Assembly (NCBI GenBank): GCA_964016885.1
Contig: OZ024744.1
Span: forward strand, 46,004,001 to 46,068,000
Reading direction: 5' to 3'
Length of the DNA: 64,000 nucleotides
Source of the DNA: Eledone cirrhosa
Taxonomy: Eukaryota
How positions within the stretch are numbered: position 1 is the stretch's first letter; each line of letters begins with the position of its first letter. Positions 49,937 through 64,000 of the stretch are shown here, piece after piece. The position numbers and the translations under genes were made by a program. The notes under the pieces were generated by a model that was not told the origin of the DNA, made no database searches, and was given only the letters and a program-made list of their open reading frames with translations.

Positions 49937-52558
49937 ACTTGGGGAGGGTCATATTGTTGTAATAATATTGCCAGAATTAATAACAGAACACACTCACTCT
50001 TTGGTTGGTTTTCGCTTCTGTATATTTTATATCTCCATAGTTAATTCATTTGGCCATCAATGTTTATCATTGACTGACCAACGGTCAAAAATACAGATAT
50101 AAATACATATATATAGTCTAACAAAGTTCTTTTGTTGCACATCTGCAACATCATCAGTGGTACTATTATCATGTTTCCCCTGCTGTATTGTATGTATTGT
50201 AGTGTCTACACCATTTTAATTTTATCTATTTATTTATTTATTTTTGTCTTCTTCTCTGCGCATGCGTGTGTGTTCATGTTTTGGTTATTGTATTCTATCT
50301 TAGTTTACTAGTGTGTGTTTATATGTGTTTGGTGTATGTATTTATTTATTTATTTATTTGTTTGGTGTATGTATTTATTTATTTATATATATTTTTCTTA
50401 AGTCAGTATTGTTTGTTTACTTTGAGCTGTCTCACCTATGTATGTCGTTGTCATGTTTCTGCAAGTACCCTCTGTACATCTTATGCTATAGACTACATTT
50501 CTAGTTTTACAGTTTATCGGGGGGTTTACTTTACATATAACACATTTCTTAGTAGTACAGTGGGTTTTCTTAAAAAGGTATGTTTTGCTGATCGGGGATT
50601 TTATGGTAGTTCCTGGCTTTTCTACCACTTTAATCTTTAAGTGGGTCTTTCTTAGGGCCTTTCTACACTGGTTAGCTAATTTCCCTCCAGGGGTAAATTC
50701 TACAAACATGACGCTCTGGTATCTCTGGTTGTTGTACCATGAGGTGGCTTTCCCTATCTTATGTTTAGTCCTATCTAAGCTATTCCATGATTTGCTCCTG
50801 TATAATGGGCAAATTCCTTTCATGTCCAGTTCTATGAGGGTTTTATACTTCTCCGTGGCTCCTTTGGATACACTGATTCTGTCTCTTTGGTTGTAGTCAG
50901 AGAACTACATGCGGTTGATGAAGTGTTGGAGGTGTCTTTCCATTTCTGTTGAGTCACACATGCGGGACACGTTCTTCATCACTCGTACCAAGTCTGTATT
51001 CAGAATATTAAACTTAGCACTACTGGAAATTGCTGAATTTTTGAGTATCAGGTATTTGGAGGCCATGGGTTTAGCATAGTGTGAGTGGAGAATTTGGGCA
51101 CTCTCGTCTATAGTGTTAATCCAGAGTTCCATGTCTAATAGAGGTAGTCTACTGTTAGGGTGTTTGGAAGGGTAGTCAATGGTTACAGTTATACTCTGGT
51201 GTATTGAGTTAGCTATCTGCTGGATACTTTCCATTGTGCTATCTTCTAATTTATGTTTATTAGTATTCTCTTGTGGGGGTGTTCTTATTACTATATTAAT
51301 ATCGTCTACGTAACGAGAGTACATGATGAGGTCTTTGGAGCTCTCTTCAAGATCTTTGAGTCTCCTTTCCCACCATACCATAAAAAGGTTGGCAACATCA
51401 CCAGCTATGCTGATGCCAATGGCTGATCCCTCATTTTGGGTGTAAATCTTTTTATTGAATTTGAATATGTGGCCATTTAGGGTAGTTTTAATACTAGCCC
51501 CTATTACACGCGTGACCATTTTTCTCACCGGATCATTGTTTTTAGGTGTCCGTATGGCTTTGGTCCATCCAATCCACCTTCCCATGGAAGTCATTTTGCC
51601 ATTGAGGTTATGGTGGGGGGGGGGGGGGGGGGGGGGGTCTACCTCATATGGGTCTACTGGGGCAGAAACGGCTAAGGTCATGGCTGTCTAGTTACTCGGT
51701 GTCATAAGAAAATCTAAATAGGAGGCCCAGTTTATCTGTGTCGATGTTGCAGAACTCCACCTCACTCTCACTGATTATCTCCACACATTTTTCCCCAGCA
51801 AAATCAATGTTAATGGATGGTTATAGTGATACCACATCCATACTGCCTATTATGCAGTTAGATAGGTTTTTGTTTTTGTTGCACTCATTGATTCTGCTGA
51901 GGAGGTCCTCTGTACTGTCACATACATCTGGGGACATCTTCATTATGGGGCGTATAAACATTAAGAGGAAGTAGGAGATTCTGTAGTTGCTAGCAATATT
52001 GGCTCTTGTTGGTGGTCCTGTCGTTGGGTCGTCGGCTGTCCTATAGTCTTTGCGGAGTTCATACAAGTGTGGTATGTCATTGTTAGATGCCTGGAAGTTG
52101 TTGGCAGTGCATTTGCTTGGCTTTAGGATGTCGGTCCACATCATCATGTGAGCGTTGAGGATCTTCTCTCTCCCCTTATGTGTTTGTTGCGTAGTTTAGC
52201 TCGTGTTGGTGATGTGGAGTTGCATAGCCTCGATATAGTTCCGCATCCTGTCTATCGACATCCTACCAGTTTTATCTGTGGGTAGACACACTACCCCACC
52301 ATTCGTTGTGCGTTACCTGAGGCTAACCAAGCCTTCTACAGGTTTCCTTCCAAGTTTTTGGTCCTTAGGTCTGATTTGTCTCTTAGTATATCGGTCTACT
52401 ATTTGTCTAATTTTATTTATTGCTATGGTGAACTGTACTTCTGTCTCGTCATCTATTTGTTGTGGTACACAAACCCTTTTATTAAAAGGTAACTTAGTGG
52501 GATACATTTTACTCATCTTATATATTGTCAGCTGGGTTGAAAAATTTGCAAAACAAAT
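49937..52558 (-). mobile_element. Penelope-like retroelement, unit B copy
   Basis: Paralog of 22376-25155; RYVDD retained, most of GIY-YIG deleted near 50418, hammerhead at 50113-50166 has GAAA>AAAA. Confidence 0.92.
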
Positions 52559-52779
52559 ATATATATGTATAGAGTGTTTGTAAATTCTGTACCATACAGT
52601 TTTGTCAGCACAAGTCTTAGTTACAACTCCTACAAATAAAATTAAAGGAGAATAATTTCAGAATAAAAAAGTTTTATTCAAAATATTAACAACATTGGTG
52701 GCAGTGTTTTGGGTGAGTGATATGGTTTTTTTATCTTGTCTGATTGTGTTTGTATTGCATTAAGTAACCTTTACAAGAG

Positions 52780-53207
<428 letters not shown>

Positions 53208-54653
53208 TTATGGTTTCTCACCTGTATGGGTATATTTGTGTCTAGTTAAACTACTTGAAACAGAGAATGATTTACGACAGATATCACAGTGATATAGCTT
53301 CTCACCTGTATGTATATGTTTGTGAGAAATAAAGGCACTACTTACAGAGAACGATTTACCACAGATGTCACAGTGGTATGGCTTGTCTCCTGTATGGGTT
53401 CGTAAGTGTTTATTCAATATACCACTTCGAGGGAATGTTTTACCACAGATGTCACAGTGATATGGCTTCTCACCTGTATGTATTCGTTTGTGACTAGTTA
53501 AGCTACTACTATCAGAGAATGATTTACCACAGATATCACAGTGATATGGCTTGTCTCCTGTATGTATACGTTTGTGACGAGTTAAGGTACAACTAACAGA
53601 GAATGATTTTCCACAGATGTCACAGTGGTATGGCTTGTCTCCAGTATGGGTTCGTAAGTGTTTAGTCAATATACCACTTCGAGGGAATGTTTTACCACAG
53701 ATATCACAGTGATATGGCTTCTCACCTGTATGTATTCGTTTATGACTAGTTAAGCTACTACTAACAGAGAATGATTTACCACAGGTATTACAGTGATATG
53801 GCTTGTCTCCTGTATGGGTACGTTTGTGACTAGTTAAGTGACTACTTACAGAGAATGATTTACCACAGATGTCACAGTGATTTGGCTTGTCTCCTGTATG
53901 TATACGTTTGTGAGTAGTTAAGGTACTAATTTGAGAGAATGATTTACCACAGATATCACAGACATATGGCTTCTCACCTGTATGGGTACGTTTGTGACTA
54001 GTTAAGTGACTACTTACAGAGAATGATTTACCACAGATGTCACAGTGACTTGGTTTGTCTCCTGTATGTATACGTTTGTGAGTAGTTAAGGTACTAATTT
54101 GAGAGAATGATTTACCACAGATATCACAGACATATGGCTGGTCTCCTGTATGGGTACGTATGTGAGAAGTTAAGTTACTACTTCGAGAGAATGATTTACC
54201 ACAGATATCACAGTGGTATAGCTTCTCACCTGTATGTATAAGTTTGTGACTAGTTAAGTGACTACTTCGAGAGAATGATTTACCACAGATGTCACAGTGA
54301 TTTGGCTTGTCTCCTGTATGTATATGTTTGTGAGTAGTTAAGGTACTAATTTGAGAGAATGATTTACCACAGATATCACAGACATATGGCTTGTCTCCTG
54401 TATGGGTACGTATGTGAGAAGTTAAGTTACTACTTCGAGAGAATGATTCACCACAGATATCACAGTGATATGGCGTCTCACCTGTATGGGTACGTAAGTG
54501 TTTAGTTAAGTGACTCCTTACAACGAATGTTTTACCACAGACATCACATTGAAATGGCTTCTCTCCTCTAGACTTTGGTATCTCTTCTGGAATAGCCATA
54601 TCTTTAGACAATGTTTCACATTTAATCTTCTTCTCACTCAAGTTATTTTCCAT
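53208..54653 (-). CDS. C2H2 zinc-finger protein, 16 fingers (481 aa), paralog of 25983-27260
   Basis: 16 tandem fingers in one ORF; acceptor at 55029; same N-terminus [13 protein letters not shown]. Confidence 0.92.
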   Translation of the reverse strand: MENNLSEKKIKCETLSKDMAIPEEIPKSRGEKPFQCDVCGKTFVVRSHLTKHLRTHTGETPYHCDICGESFSRSSNLTSHIRTHTGDKPYVCDICGKSFSQISTLTTHKHIHTGDKPNHCDICGKSFSRSSHLTSHKLIHTGEKLYHCDICGKSFSRSSNLTSHIRTHTGDQPYVCDICGKSFSQISTLTTHKRIHTGDKPSHCDICGKSFSVSSHLTSHKRTHTGEKPYVCDICGKSFSQISTLTTHKRIHTGDKPNHCDICGKSFSVSSHLTSHKRTHTGDKPYHCNTCGKSFSVSSSLTSHKRIHTGEKPYHCDICGKTFPRSGILTKHLRTHTGDKPYHCDICGKSFSVSCTLTRHKRIHTGDKPYHCDICGKSFSDSSSLTSHKRIHTGEKPYHCDICGKTFPRSGILNKHLRTHTGDKPYHCDICGKSFSVSSAFISHKHIHTGEKLYHCDICRKSFSVSSSLTRHKYTHTGEKP

Positions 54654-55952
54654 GTTTCTTCTTCCCTTGGTAGAATTTACAGATGTTATTCTTGTGTTAT
54701 TTTTTATATTATATTCATAAAAATATTTCCTCTGCTATATTTCCCCCAAATGTGACCTCAGTCAAAATCTAAAGATGATGCAAACTTCTTTCTGATCCAA
54801 GTTTAGTTAAGATTCAAAATCATCTTGTAAATATTTCAGATGGTGACGAAATGATATTTTTCCAAGAAACACAGTTCTGAGGAAATATTTCACAGTAATT
54901 CTGCCAAAGATTTATATAAATAGTGTTCTATGAGTTCCGTATCAAAAGCTTTAGTCTTGAAATGATGATAAATAAAGGGGATGTATTCAAGATTAAAAAA
55001 TAATTTCATCCCAATGTCATCTGGTATTCTGAAATAAGAAAGAAACAGTATGAGATAATATAGAATACTTTAGAACCATAGATAGATTTAACATTGGAAA
55101 TGTATATTTCTATATTGATAATCTGTAGATATCAACTTTCCTGTCCAGAGTAATTCTCCCCAATGTAAGCAGTAGTATTCCAGCATTCTCTATAAATTTT
55201 ATCTTTCTAACTCGTGGGAGGTCTGCCCTATAGCCTTTACCCAGGAACTTTATTCTTATATGACATTCTAACATGGGAATTGTCTGAGACCTGAGATGTG
55301 TAACTTGACAGTTCCTTGAGTAACAGTTCTTTCTACCTGAAAGGGAAAAATGCTGTGCAATTGCTCGATAACAGTCAAAGTATTCTCACACAAGGGTACC
55401 CTAGGCACACCACCATGACTTGTGTTAGTCCTGTAGACAGAATTAGTGGGAATTTTATTTGCCGGGCTTTCCATAATTTTGGCGTTTTTTTCTTTTCTGG
55501 TTTCATGCCCTTCCTCTCATCAACCCCTTTACAGCAAGGACAGGGTGTATTGTTCGTGGCACTAGAGAGGTTTTTTTACTGGACTTAAGAGCTCTCTACC
55601 CGGTATCAGTTTCTATTTCAAGTGTCTACAATGATGATGATATATACATATATATATATACAAATATATATATATATATACATATATATATACTAGCAGA
55701 TGTACCCGGCGTTGCTCGGGAAATGAATGACAGCCTGAATTGTTTAAGGTCGTTTATGGCTTAGCTAGCAATTTCTGAGTGCATGTCAGCTAATTGGCTA
55801 GCCAATGAGAGGTCGCCACAATAGCACGTGCCAAATCGGCCTAGTACTTCAAAAGTTAAAAGTACCCTAGTATTTGTATACAGACAGACACACACAGAGA
55901 CCAACTTGCTTTTATATATATAGATGTACAAATATATATATATATACACTTA

Positions 55953-57906
55953 AAAGAAGACGTTTTAGAGATGTATGACATAGATAATAACTGGAATTTC
56001 TTACGTGACAACTTACTGCAGGCTACTGATGAAACTTGTGGCTGGAGCAGTGTTCCGACCAGACAGAGAGTGACCTGGTGGTGGAACAGCACAGTAGATA
56101 AGGCCATTAGAGACAAAAGACTGGCATGGAATGCTTGGAAAAATGGTGGGAGTAGAGACCGATACACAATAGCTAAGAGAGAAGCTAGAGGTCAGGTGTA
56201 CTTAGCACGCACGGAGGCTGAGAGTAGGAGGTTTGCCAATGTTCTGCGACGGGAAGATCAGAGGCGTGCGGTGTTCCACATTGCAAGGCAGTGTGTCAAT
56301 GCAAATCAGGATGTTGTTGGAGATGAATGTGTCCGGAATGATGCCGGTGTACTTAGTGTCACGAATGATCAGCAAAAGGAGGCCTGGAAATGTCATTATG
56401 AGAGACTGATGAATGTGGAGAACTAATGGGAGAGAGAGAAATTACCCTCAGTAGATCCAACAGAGGGACCAGCTATTGAGATTGACGAATATAGGGTCCA
56501 AGAGGTGATTAAGGAAATGAAAAATGGTAAGGCTGCTGGACCATCGGGAATAATTGCTGAGATGCTGAAGGCATCAGGGGACGTAGGCACTAAACTGGTT
56601 GCACGCATCATCAATAAGGCTATATATGGTGGTGTCATACCCAAAGACTGGTGCAGTAGTATTCTCATAAATTGCTACAAAGGTAAAGGGGATGCTCTGG
56701 GGAGGAGTAATTATAGGGATATAAAACTGATGGATCAGGTTATGAAAGTGGCAGAAAGGATATTAGCACAACTAATTAGAGAAAGGGTCAAACTAGATGA
56801 GATGCAGTTTGGTTTTGTGCCTGGAAAGAGTACAACAGATGCCCTCTTCTTGATGAGACAATTGCAAAAGAGGTTCTTAGAGAAAAATAAGCCACTATAC
56901 TTAGCCTTTGTTGACCTAAAGAAGGCCATTGATAGGGTACCCCGATCTGTCATCTGGTGGTCCCTAAGGAAACTAGGTGTAGAGGAATGGCTATGGAAAC
57001 AGCAGTTGGAAGCAAGAGGACTGAGAGTGAACCTAGCTAAGACAAAAGTGTTGATGAGTAGAAAAGAGGTCAAAACTCTGATTCCGTCATGTTCGATATG
57101 CAGAAAAGGAACTGGCATAAATTCTATAAAATGCCCACAATGCAGATCCTGGGTACACAAGAGATGTAGCAGGCAAACTAACAGGTAGGGAGAAATATGT
57201 ATGCAGTAGATGTACAGGGAAATTAAACAGTAGAAGTCACATTGATAGACACATTTTTCAAATGCAGGCGGGTGCTATAGAAGTGGTGGATAGCTTCCGG
57301 TACCTAGGAGATCAGATTAGCATGGGAGGGGGGTGTTCCGAGGCCATAGTATCTAGAATAAGGACGTGTTGGAAGAAGTTTAGGGAGCTGCTTCCTCTGC
57401 TGACGAAGAAGGGTTTCTCCCTGCGTACGAAAGGCCGGTTATATGATGCCTGTGTGAGGAGCGCGATGCTGCATGGTAGTGAGACATGGGCAGCAACTGC
57501 AGAGGATATGCGATGGCTGGAGAGTAATGAGGTAAGCATGCTCCGTTGGATGTTCAGTGTTAATGTGCGTAAATGACCCAGCATGAATGTGTTGAGAGAG
57601 AAACTGTGTCTGAGAGGGATAGAATGTAGTGTGTGAAAGAGGAGACTGAGGTGGTATGGACATGTGATGTGCATGGAGGATGACCGATGGGTGAAGAAGT
57701 GCCAGGAAATACCAGTTGAAGGAAGACATGGTAGAGATAGACAAAAATCAAGGGCGGAGGTGGTGAGAACAGACCTCAGATCACTGAAGCTCACAGTGGA
57801 GATGACGAAGGACCGTGACAAGTGGAGAGATGCTGTGCTGAATAAGACCCGTCCCACCCTTGCAAGCAGGGAAGAGCGGACATAAAATGATGATGATGAT
57901 GATGAT
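55953..57906 (+). mobile_element. RTE LINE, unit B copy lacking the RT catalytic core
   Basis: Paralog of 28474-30686 with a 249-bp deletion (EEWL|WKQQL) and a stop at 56424. Confidence 0.93.
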
Positions 57907-57914
57907 ATACACAT

Positions 57915-58220
57915 GGAGGCACATGGCTTAGTGGTTTCAGCACTGGCCTTGCAATCGAAAGGTTGTGAGTTCAATTCTCAGACTGGGTGATGTGTTGTTT
58001 CCTTGAGCAAGACACTTTATTTCACATTGCTCCAGTTTACTCAGCTGTAGAAATGAGATGATAGGGACTGGAGTCCCTACCATTCCACTGTAAAGTCGAC
58101 TTGTAGGCGCCACGGGAAAAAAGCCCCCACCACCCAGCTGTAGGAATGAAGCCAGAATCAGTTCCCGTCCCACCCCTGCAAGCAGGGAAAAGCGGACGTA
58201 TATTGATGATGATGATGATG
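57915..58220 (+). mobile_element. tRNA/CORE-like SINE with RTE tail
   Basis: Paralog of 30690-30983 with an intact ggaggcacatggcttagtgg start. Confidence 0.85.
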
Positions 58221-58291
58221 AAATACATATATATATGTGTATATATATACACATATATATATATGTACATCATCATCATCATTTTACGTGT

Positions 58292-58326
<35 letters not shown>

Positions 58327-58346
58327 AATACATATATATATATGTA

Positions 58347-58684
58347 CATCATCATCATCATTTTACGTCCGCTCTTCCCTGCTTGCAAGGGTGGGACGGG
58401 AACTGATTCTGGCTTGATTTCTACAGCTGGATGCCCTTCCTAACACCAACCTCATTTACAGTGAGTGATGGGTGCTTTTTTGCCGTGCCACCTCCACGTC
58501 CACTTTGCAGTGGAATAATATGGACCCCAGTCCCTATCATCTCATTTCTACAGCTGTGTAAACTGGAGCAATGTGAAATAAAGTGTCTTGCTCAAGGAAA
58601 CAACACATCACCCGGTCTGAGAATGGAACTCACAAACTTTCGATTGCAAGGCCAATGCTCTAACCACTAAGCCATATGCCTCCA
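58347..58684 (-). mobile_element. Second SINE of the same family, inverted
   Basis: Minus strand reads ggaggcatatggcttagtgg...cccgtcccacccttgcaagcaggg...(gat)n. Confidence 0.85.
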
Positions 58685-59464
58685 TGTACATATATACATA
58701 TATAGACACATTATATATATATATACATATTTATATGTATCATCATCATTTAACGTCTGCCACACTAGCATGGGTTAGACGGGAATTGTCCCACTTCATT
58801 CATCAGGTGACCGTGTCTCACTCGTATCTGGCAGGTTTTCTACAGCTGGATGCCCTTCCTAACACCAACACATTTTATCTACATATATACATATGAAGGC
58901 TGAAAACTCTAAGAGTATTGCAATAACTTGTCAGATTATAGAGTTTGGTCCACTTTTAGGCTACGGCCAACCATACAAACTTATAACATATCCTGAACAA
59001 GCAATGTCTGTGCTTTGAAGGATTTTTAAGTGGGGAAAGGCCTTGCACTCGACCAATCCCACTCTCTGAACATCAAAAACGCTACCCAAAAAGGAGAACT
59101 GATCAACATCATCGGATGCTTCCTAAGCCGCAGGTTTTCTTTCAGAGTTTCCTTCTCCTAGAAGGTGTTGTGACAACAACTGGAGGCCTTTCACTCCCAG
59201 GTGTAAAAGAAAAAAAAATTCATATACATACATATATCATTATCATTTAATGGCCATTTTCCAAGGTAACATGAGTTTGACGGGTTGTCCCATTTGAAGC
59301 AATTTCGGTCAGGTGACCATGTTTTGCTCATACAGAACTGTTTCTGTCTTTGTTTACACGGAGGGATGCCCTTCCTAATGCGAACCATATTTACAGTGTA
59401 TGCTGGGCTCTTTTTGTTCTGACACTTTACACAACCACTTTACAGTGTAGACTGGGCACTTTTT

Positions 59465-62400
59465 GTTCTGACGCCTACACAACCACTTTACAGTGTAGAC
59501 TGGGCAATTTTTGTTCTGACACCTACACAACCACTTTACAGTGTGGACTGGGCACTTTTTGTTCTGACACCTACATGACCACATTACAGTGTAGACTGGG
59601 TGCTTTTTGATGCGATACCTACAAGATCAATTTACAGTGTGGGCTGAGTGCTTTTTATCATGACACCTACATAACGACTTTACAATGAGGACTGGGTACT
59701 TTTTGCTATATTAAATACATCGACCCAGAAAGAAGCATGGGGTGTGTGGAAAATCGGTAAAACTGCACCAGAGATAGAAATCCAGAATTGGTCATTTAGT
59801 TTACATAATGAGATCCCAACCCATCTTATTTATTTTATAACATATGGCTTTTCTAGTAATGCATTTTTATGTCATGTAAAATGTTTTTTAATGTCTAAAG
59901 AAAATTGTCGCTGGAATGCGACCACTTTGAATAATATTTCACCAGAGATAAGAAAAATTTAATAAACAGAGGGTGGGGTGAATCAAGAGCAGGGTGGCGG
60001 TGTAAAAAAAATCTAAAAAATAAATGAGGGTGGGGCAAGATTATTTGAGACAAAAGCGAGGGTAGGGGCAGAGTATTTGAGATGAAAGCGAGGGTGCGGT
60101 ACAATTATTTGAGACCAAAGTGAGGATGGGGGACCACTATTTGAGTTACATACACATTCTAGTATGTAGAAAGGAAAATAGGGCACAGGTACCCTCTGGG
60201 AAATGGTCATGTACAGTGTGTAGCAAAGGAGTAGGTAGAAATTACATTTTATGTCCCAAATGCAAACTATGGGCACATAAAAGATGTAGTGGGATTAGAG
60301 GTAAGCTATCTAAGAACGTAGATTTTGTATGTGGCCACTGCTCAGGTGCAATAAGTAGCAAGTGCACACAGGACACCAGCTCCTTCTATTGCCTAGATGG
60401 TTCTATAATGTTACTCGATATTCAATGTAGCAACAAGTGAATATTGTTATTGTAAAATAAACATTGTCAACATCACAATTCTGGCATTATTCTTTTTATC
60501 ATTCATCCACAAAAGAATACATTTATCCACTACATATGCAACAAACAAAAGGGGCCCAAGAACAGATCCCTGTGGTACACCAGATGACATCTCATACGGT
60601 GAAGAATGCTGTCCTAGAACCATGACTACCTCTCTTCGACTGAGAGTGAAGGATTTCAACCAGTTAAAAACTATACACTATATACAGTATATATATATAT
60701 TATATATACACCGTGTACAGTATATATTATACACTATATATGTTGTCCAAGAGAAAGGCTATGGCTGATACAGCTTGGACCAGTGACATCACAACTCATT
60801 TCTACAGCTGTGTAAATAATATGAAATAAAGGAAACAACACATCACACGGTCCGAGAATCGAACTCACAACCATTCGATTGCAAGCCCAATGCTCTAACC
60901 ACTAAGCCGTGATATGTTCCAGAACCAACCGTGATATAGAGAGACCACAAAGACAACCGTTGTTTTCATAGTTTAAGCCTTAAAATACCTCTCATACATG
61001 CTTTAAGTACATATAAACTCATTAAAACACACTTTTGTATTTAAACACCAAAAACAACCAGCAACGATCGTATAGGAACTACCACCAACTATCATACCAC
61101 TAGTTTTACCAATGAGGACCATTGCCAGCCACGGTAGCCACTTGGTAATACACTGCTCATCTGCCGTCAATCTATGAAGGGTTTGTAGTAGATTAGACAG
61201 TAATGGAATGAAAAATATAAACATTTGTTCATAATTAAAGCCTTAAGATGTCCCTTTCTTACGATATACACTTTAATAACATTGAAACTTATTTAATAAA
61301 TTTAAATTTTAAACACTTTTCATTCAGATGTACCGTGATAAGAATATAGATATGTTCTAACGAAAAATCCGCGATGAGGCGAGGATTACCGCGATAGGGG
61401 ATTAGATATGTTCCAAAGAAATATCCGCGATGTAACGGGACCGCGAAAAGTGAACCGCGATATAGCGGGGGATTACTGTATATGATCATGATGATGATGA
61501 TATACACACAACATACATCTATCTATATACACTCATAACATTTATTTCGATTTTTGACATTAAAATGTTCACTGAAGATGCGACAACTGTTTCTTGTTTG
61601 AGGCTGTTCCAGTGGTTGAAATATAGACAGAGGTATTTTAAATAATAAAGACAGTCATGATAACACTATATTTTATATCACATGTAACAGTGGAATCTGC
61701 TGATTGAAAAATAACACATCAACATTTCAGTTTGGAAGTTTTTTTTCTATATATAAAAGTGGAGGAAGAAATATATTTTTCTAATGTTGTTATATATATT
61801 TTCACTTGTATATAATTACTGGAGGGTTCAGATAATTATATTATTTACACACATTAATATAGACATTAAGTAAATCTTTGTCAACTTACCCCCTTCAGAT
61901 ATCACCAATGTGTTGTGTTGTTAGTTTTTACTAAACAACCAAAGAAATAATCTCTTTGTTATCAAATTAGAAGTTTCAAAGATGTTATCAGCTTTATTTC
62001 ACGACATCAACGTTGGTGTATCTTCTTCATCTTTAGTCATAAATTGATATCTTGTCAGAATGAAGTAGTGAGGCTGACTTTATGTCTTTAGCTACAGATT
62101 TGATAGGAAATATATATATATTGGGTTGATATGTGGTCTAAAATATATATATTGTCTATAAATGACTAATAGCAGATGTTCCGGTGAAATAGTAGTTTTA
62201 CTACTACAGATTGTAATGGAACTCTTAGTAGACACAATTGTAAAGTAAGAATAGATATGACAGTGTAAGACTGATGTCGGAGAATTAAAATTGTGTATAT
62301 ATATATATATAATTGTTACACAAGATATAATTAGGTTAATTAAAGTTATAATGATGACAGCAGGTACGCGGTGTCGTTGGGAATGTATCAACTCTCGTAC

Positions 62401-62479
62401 CGGTGTCATACGTTAAAAGTCCCTGATATAATTTAATACCTTCGGACACAGTTCCAATCGTATTTAATTTATTGTAAAT
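59465..62479. repeat. Third, truncated copy of the duplication (unit C)
   Basis: Matches 1-2770 and 32766-35727 (ORFs 60120 and 60447 repeat 641 and 968); ends abruptly at tatttaatttattgtaaat. Confidence 0.93.
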
Positions 62480-62490
62480 TTAATTTATTG

Positions 62491-64000
62491 AAAACTGAAT
62501 GATTCTCAGCTTCGGAGTTCAGAATAATGTAAATAAATTAGTTGAACGAAAATGACAGAGGTTATTAAAAATATAAAAGTAATAATAATTAAATATATGC
62601 ATACGCACATTTATATACGTGCATATGCGAAAACACACACCATGCTTGCATATATATGCACATACACATAAACACATGCACACGGACGTAAACCGGTGCG
62701 ACACATATACCCGCACACGTACGAGCGTATACACCAAATACACATATGAATATATGTTTGTGTGTGTGTATACATATAATTATATATACATAAATATATA
62801 CACGCATAAATGCGTATAGAACGCACACTCACACATACCTACAGGTAAATACACATATGTTCACCAAACGTACATATACCAAACCCTTATGTACACATAT
62901 ACACACCATACATACGTGTAAACACACATACACACCCACATATACACATATAGACACATATATATACATACATACATACATGAGTGTGTATATATATGAA
63001 AGAGAGAGCGCAGTTGTAATGGATAATATCAGTGCTATTTCTAGCAGTTAGAGAGACTACGTAGAGGTTCTCTTATTGATATATAATTGATATTTTACTG
63101 AGTCATACTTTCTAATTTAAAATAAATTAAATACGATTGGAACTGTGTCTGAAGGTATTAAATTATATCAAGGACTTTTAACGTATGACATCGGTACGAG
63201 AATTAATACTTTCCCAACGATACCGCGTACCTGCTGTCTTCATTATGACTTTAATTAACCTAATTATATCTTGTGTAACAATTATATATATATATATACA
63301 CAATTTTTATTCCCTGACATCAGTCTTACACTGTCATATCTAATCTTACTTTACAATTGTGTCTACGAAGGGTTCCATTACAATCTGTAGTAGTAAAACT
63401 ACTATTTCACCAGAACATCTGCTATCAGTCATTTATAGACAATATATATATTTTAGACCACATATCTACCTAATATATATATATTTCCTATCAGTCTGTA
63501 GCTAAAGACATAAAGTCAGCCTCACTACTTCATTCTGACAAGATATCAATTTATAACTAAAGATGAAGTAGATACACCAACATTAATGTCGTGAAATAAA
63601 GCTGATAACATCTTTGAAACTTCTAATTTGATAACAAAGAGATTATTTCTTTGGTTGTTTAGTAAAAACTAACAACACAACACATTGATGATATCTGAAG
63701 GAGATAAGTTGACAAAGATTTACTTAATGTCTATATTAATGTGTGTAAATAATATAATTATCTGAACCCTACAACGATGCAGTAAGTATATACAAGTGAA
63801 AATATATATAACAACATTAGAAAAATATATTTCTTCCTCCACTTTTATATATAGAAAAAAAACTTCCAAACTGAAATGTTGATGTGTTATTTTTCAATCA
63901 GCAGATTCCACTGTTACATGTGATAAAAAATATATTTTTATTATGACTGTCTTTATTATTTAAAATACCTCCGTCTATATTTCAACCACTGGAACAGCCT
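62491..64000 (-). repeat. Inverted paralogous copy of the unit start
   Basis: Reverse complement of ~34835-36347; ORFs 62519/62611 on - repeat ORFs 9095/36032 on +. Confidence 0.93.

Overview
AT-rich, repeat-dense animal DNA with no prokaryotic features. The SINE/LINE repertoire and the KRAB-less C2H2 arrays suggest a cephalopod, probably octopus (inference). The window is a tandem segmental duplication: unit A (1-32765), unit B (32766-59464), a truncated unit C (59465-62479), then a fold-back into an inverted paralogous copy (62491-64000). Units A and B each carry one minus-strand C2H2 zinc-finger gene (14 and 16 fingers). The rest is nested mobile DNA: a near-complete CsRn1-type Ty3/gypsy LTR element (unit A only), a solo LTR, RTE-clade LINEs with a partner SINE, Penelope-like elements, MITE and Helitron-like pieces, and three minisatellites. 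The most unusual signals are (1) a cluster of hammerhead-ribozyme motifs from four sequence families, mostly inside long inverted repeats downstream of each ZNF gene, (2) a 40-nt tRNA-Trp primer-binding site instead of the usual ~18 nt, (3) a gag-pol slippery site with a predicted pseudoknot, and (4) finger arrays trimmed twice by stops at the Tyr position after the TGE/DKP linker. All alignments and folds were done by eye, so boundaries of degenerate repeats are approximate.
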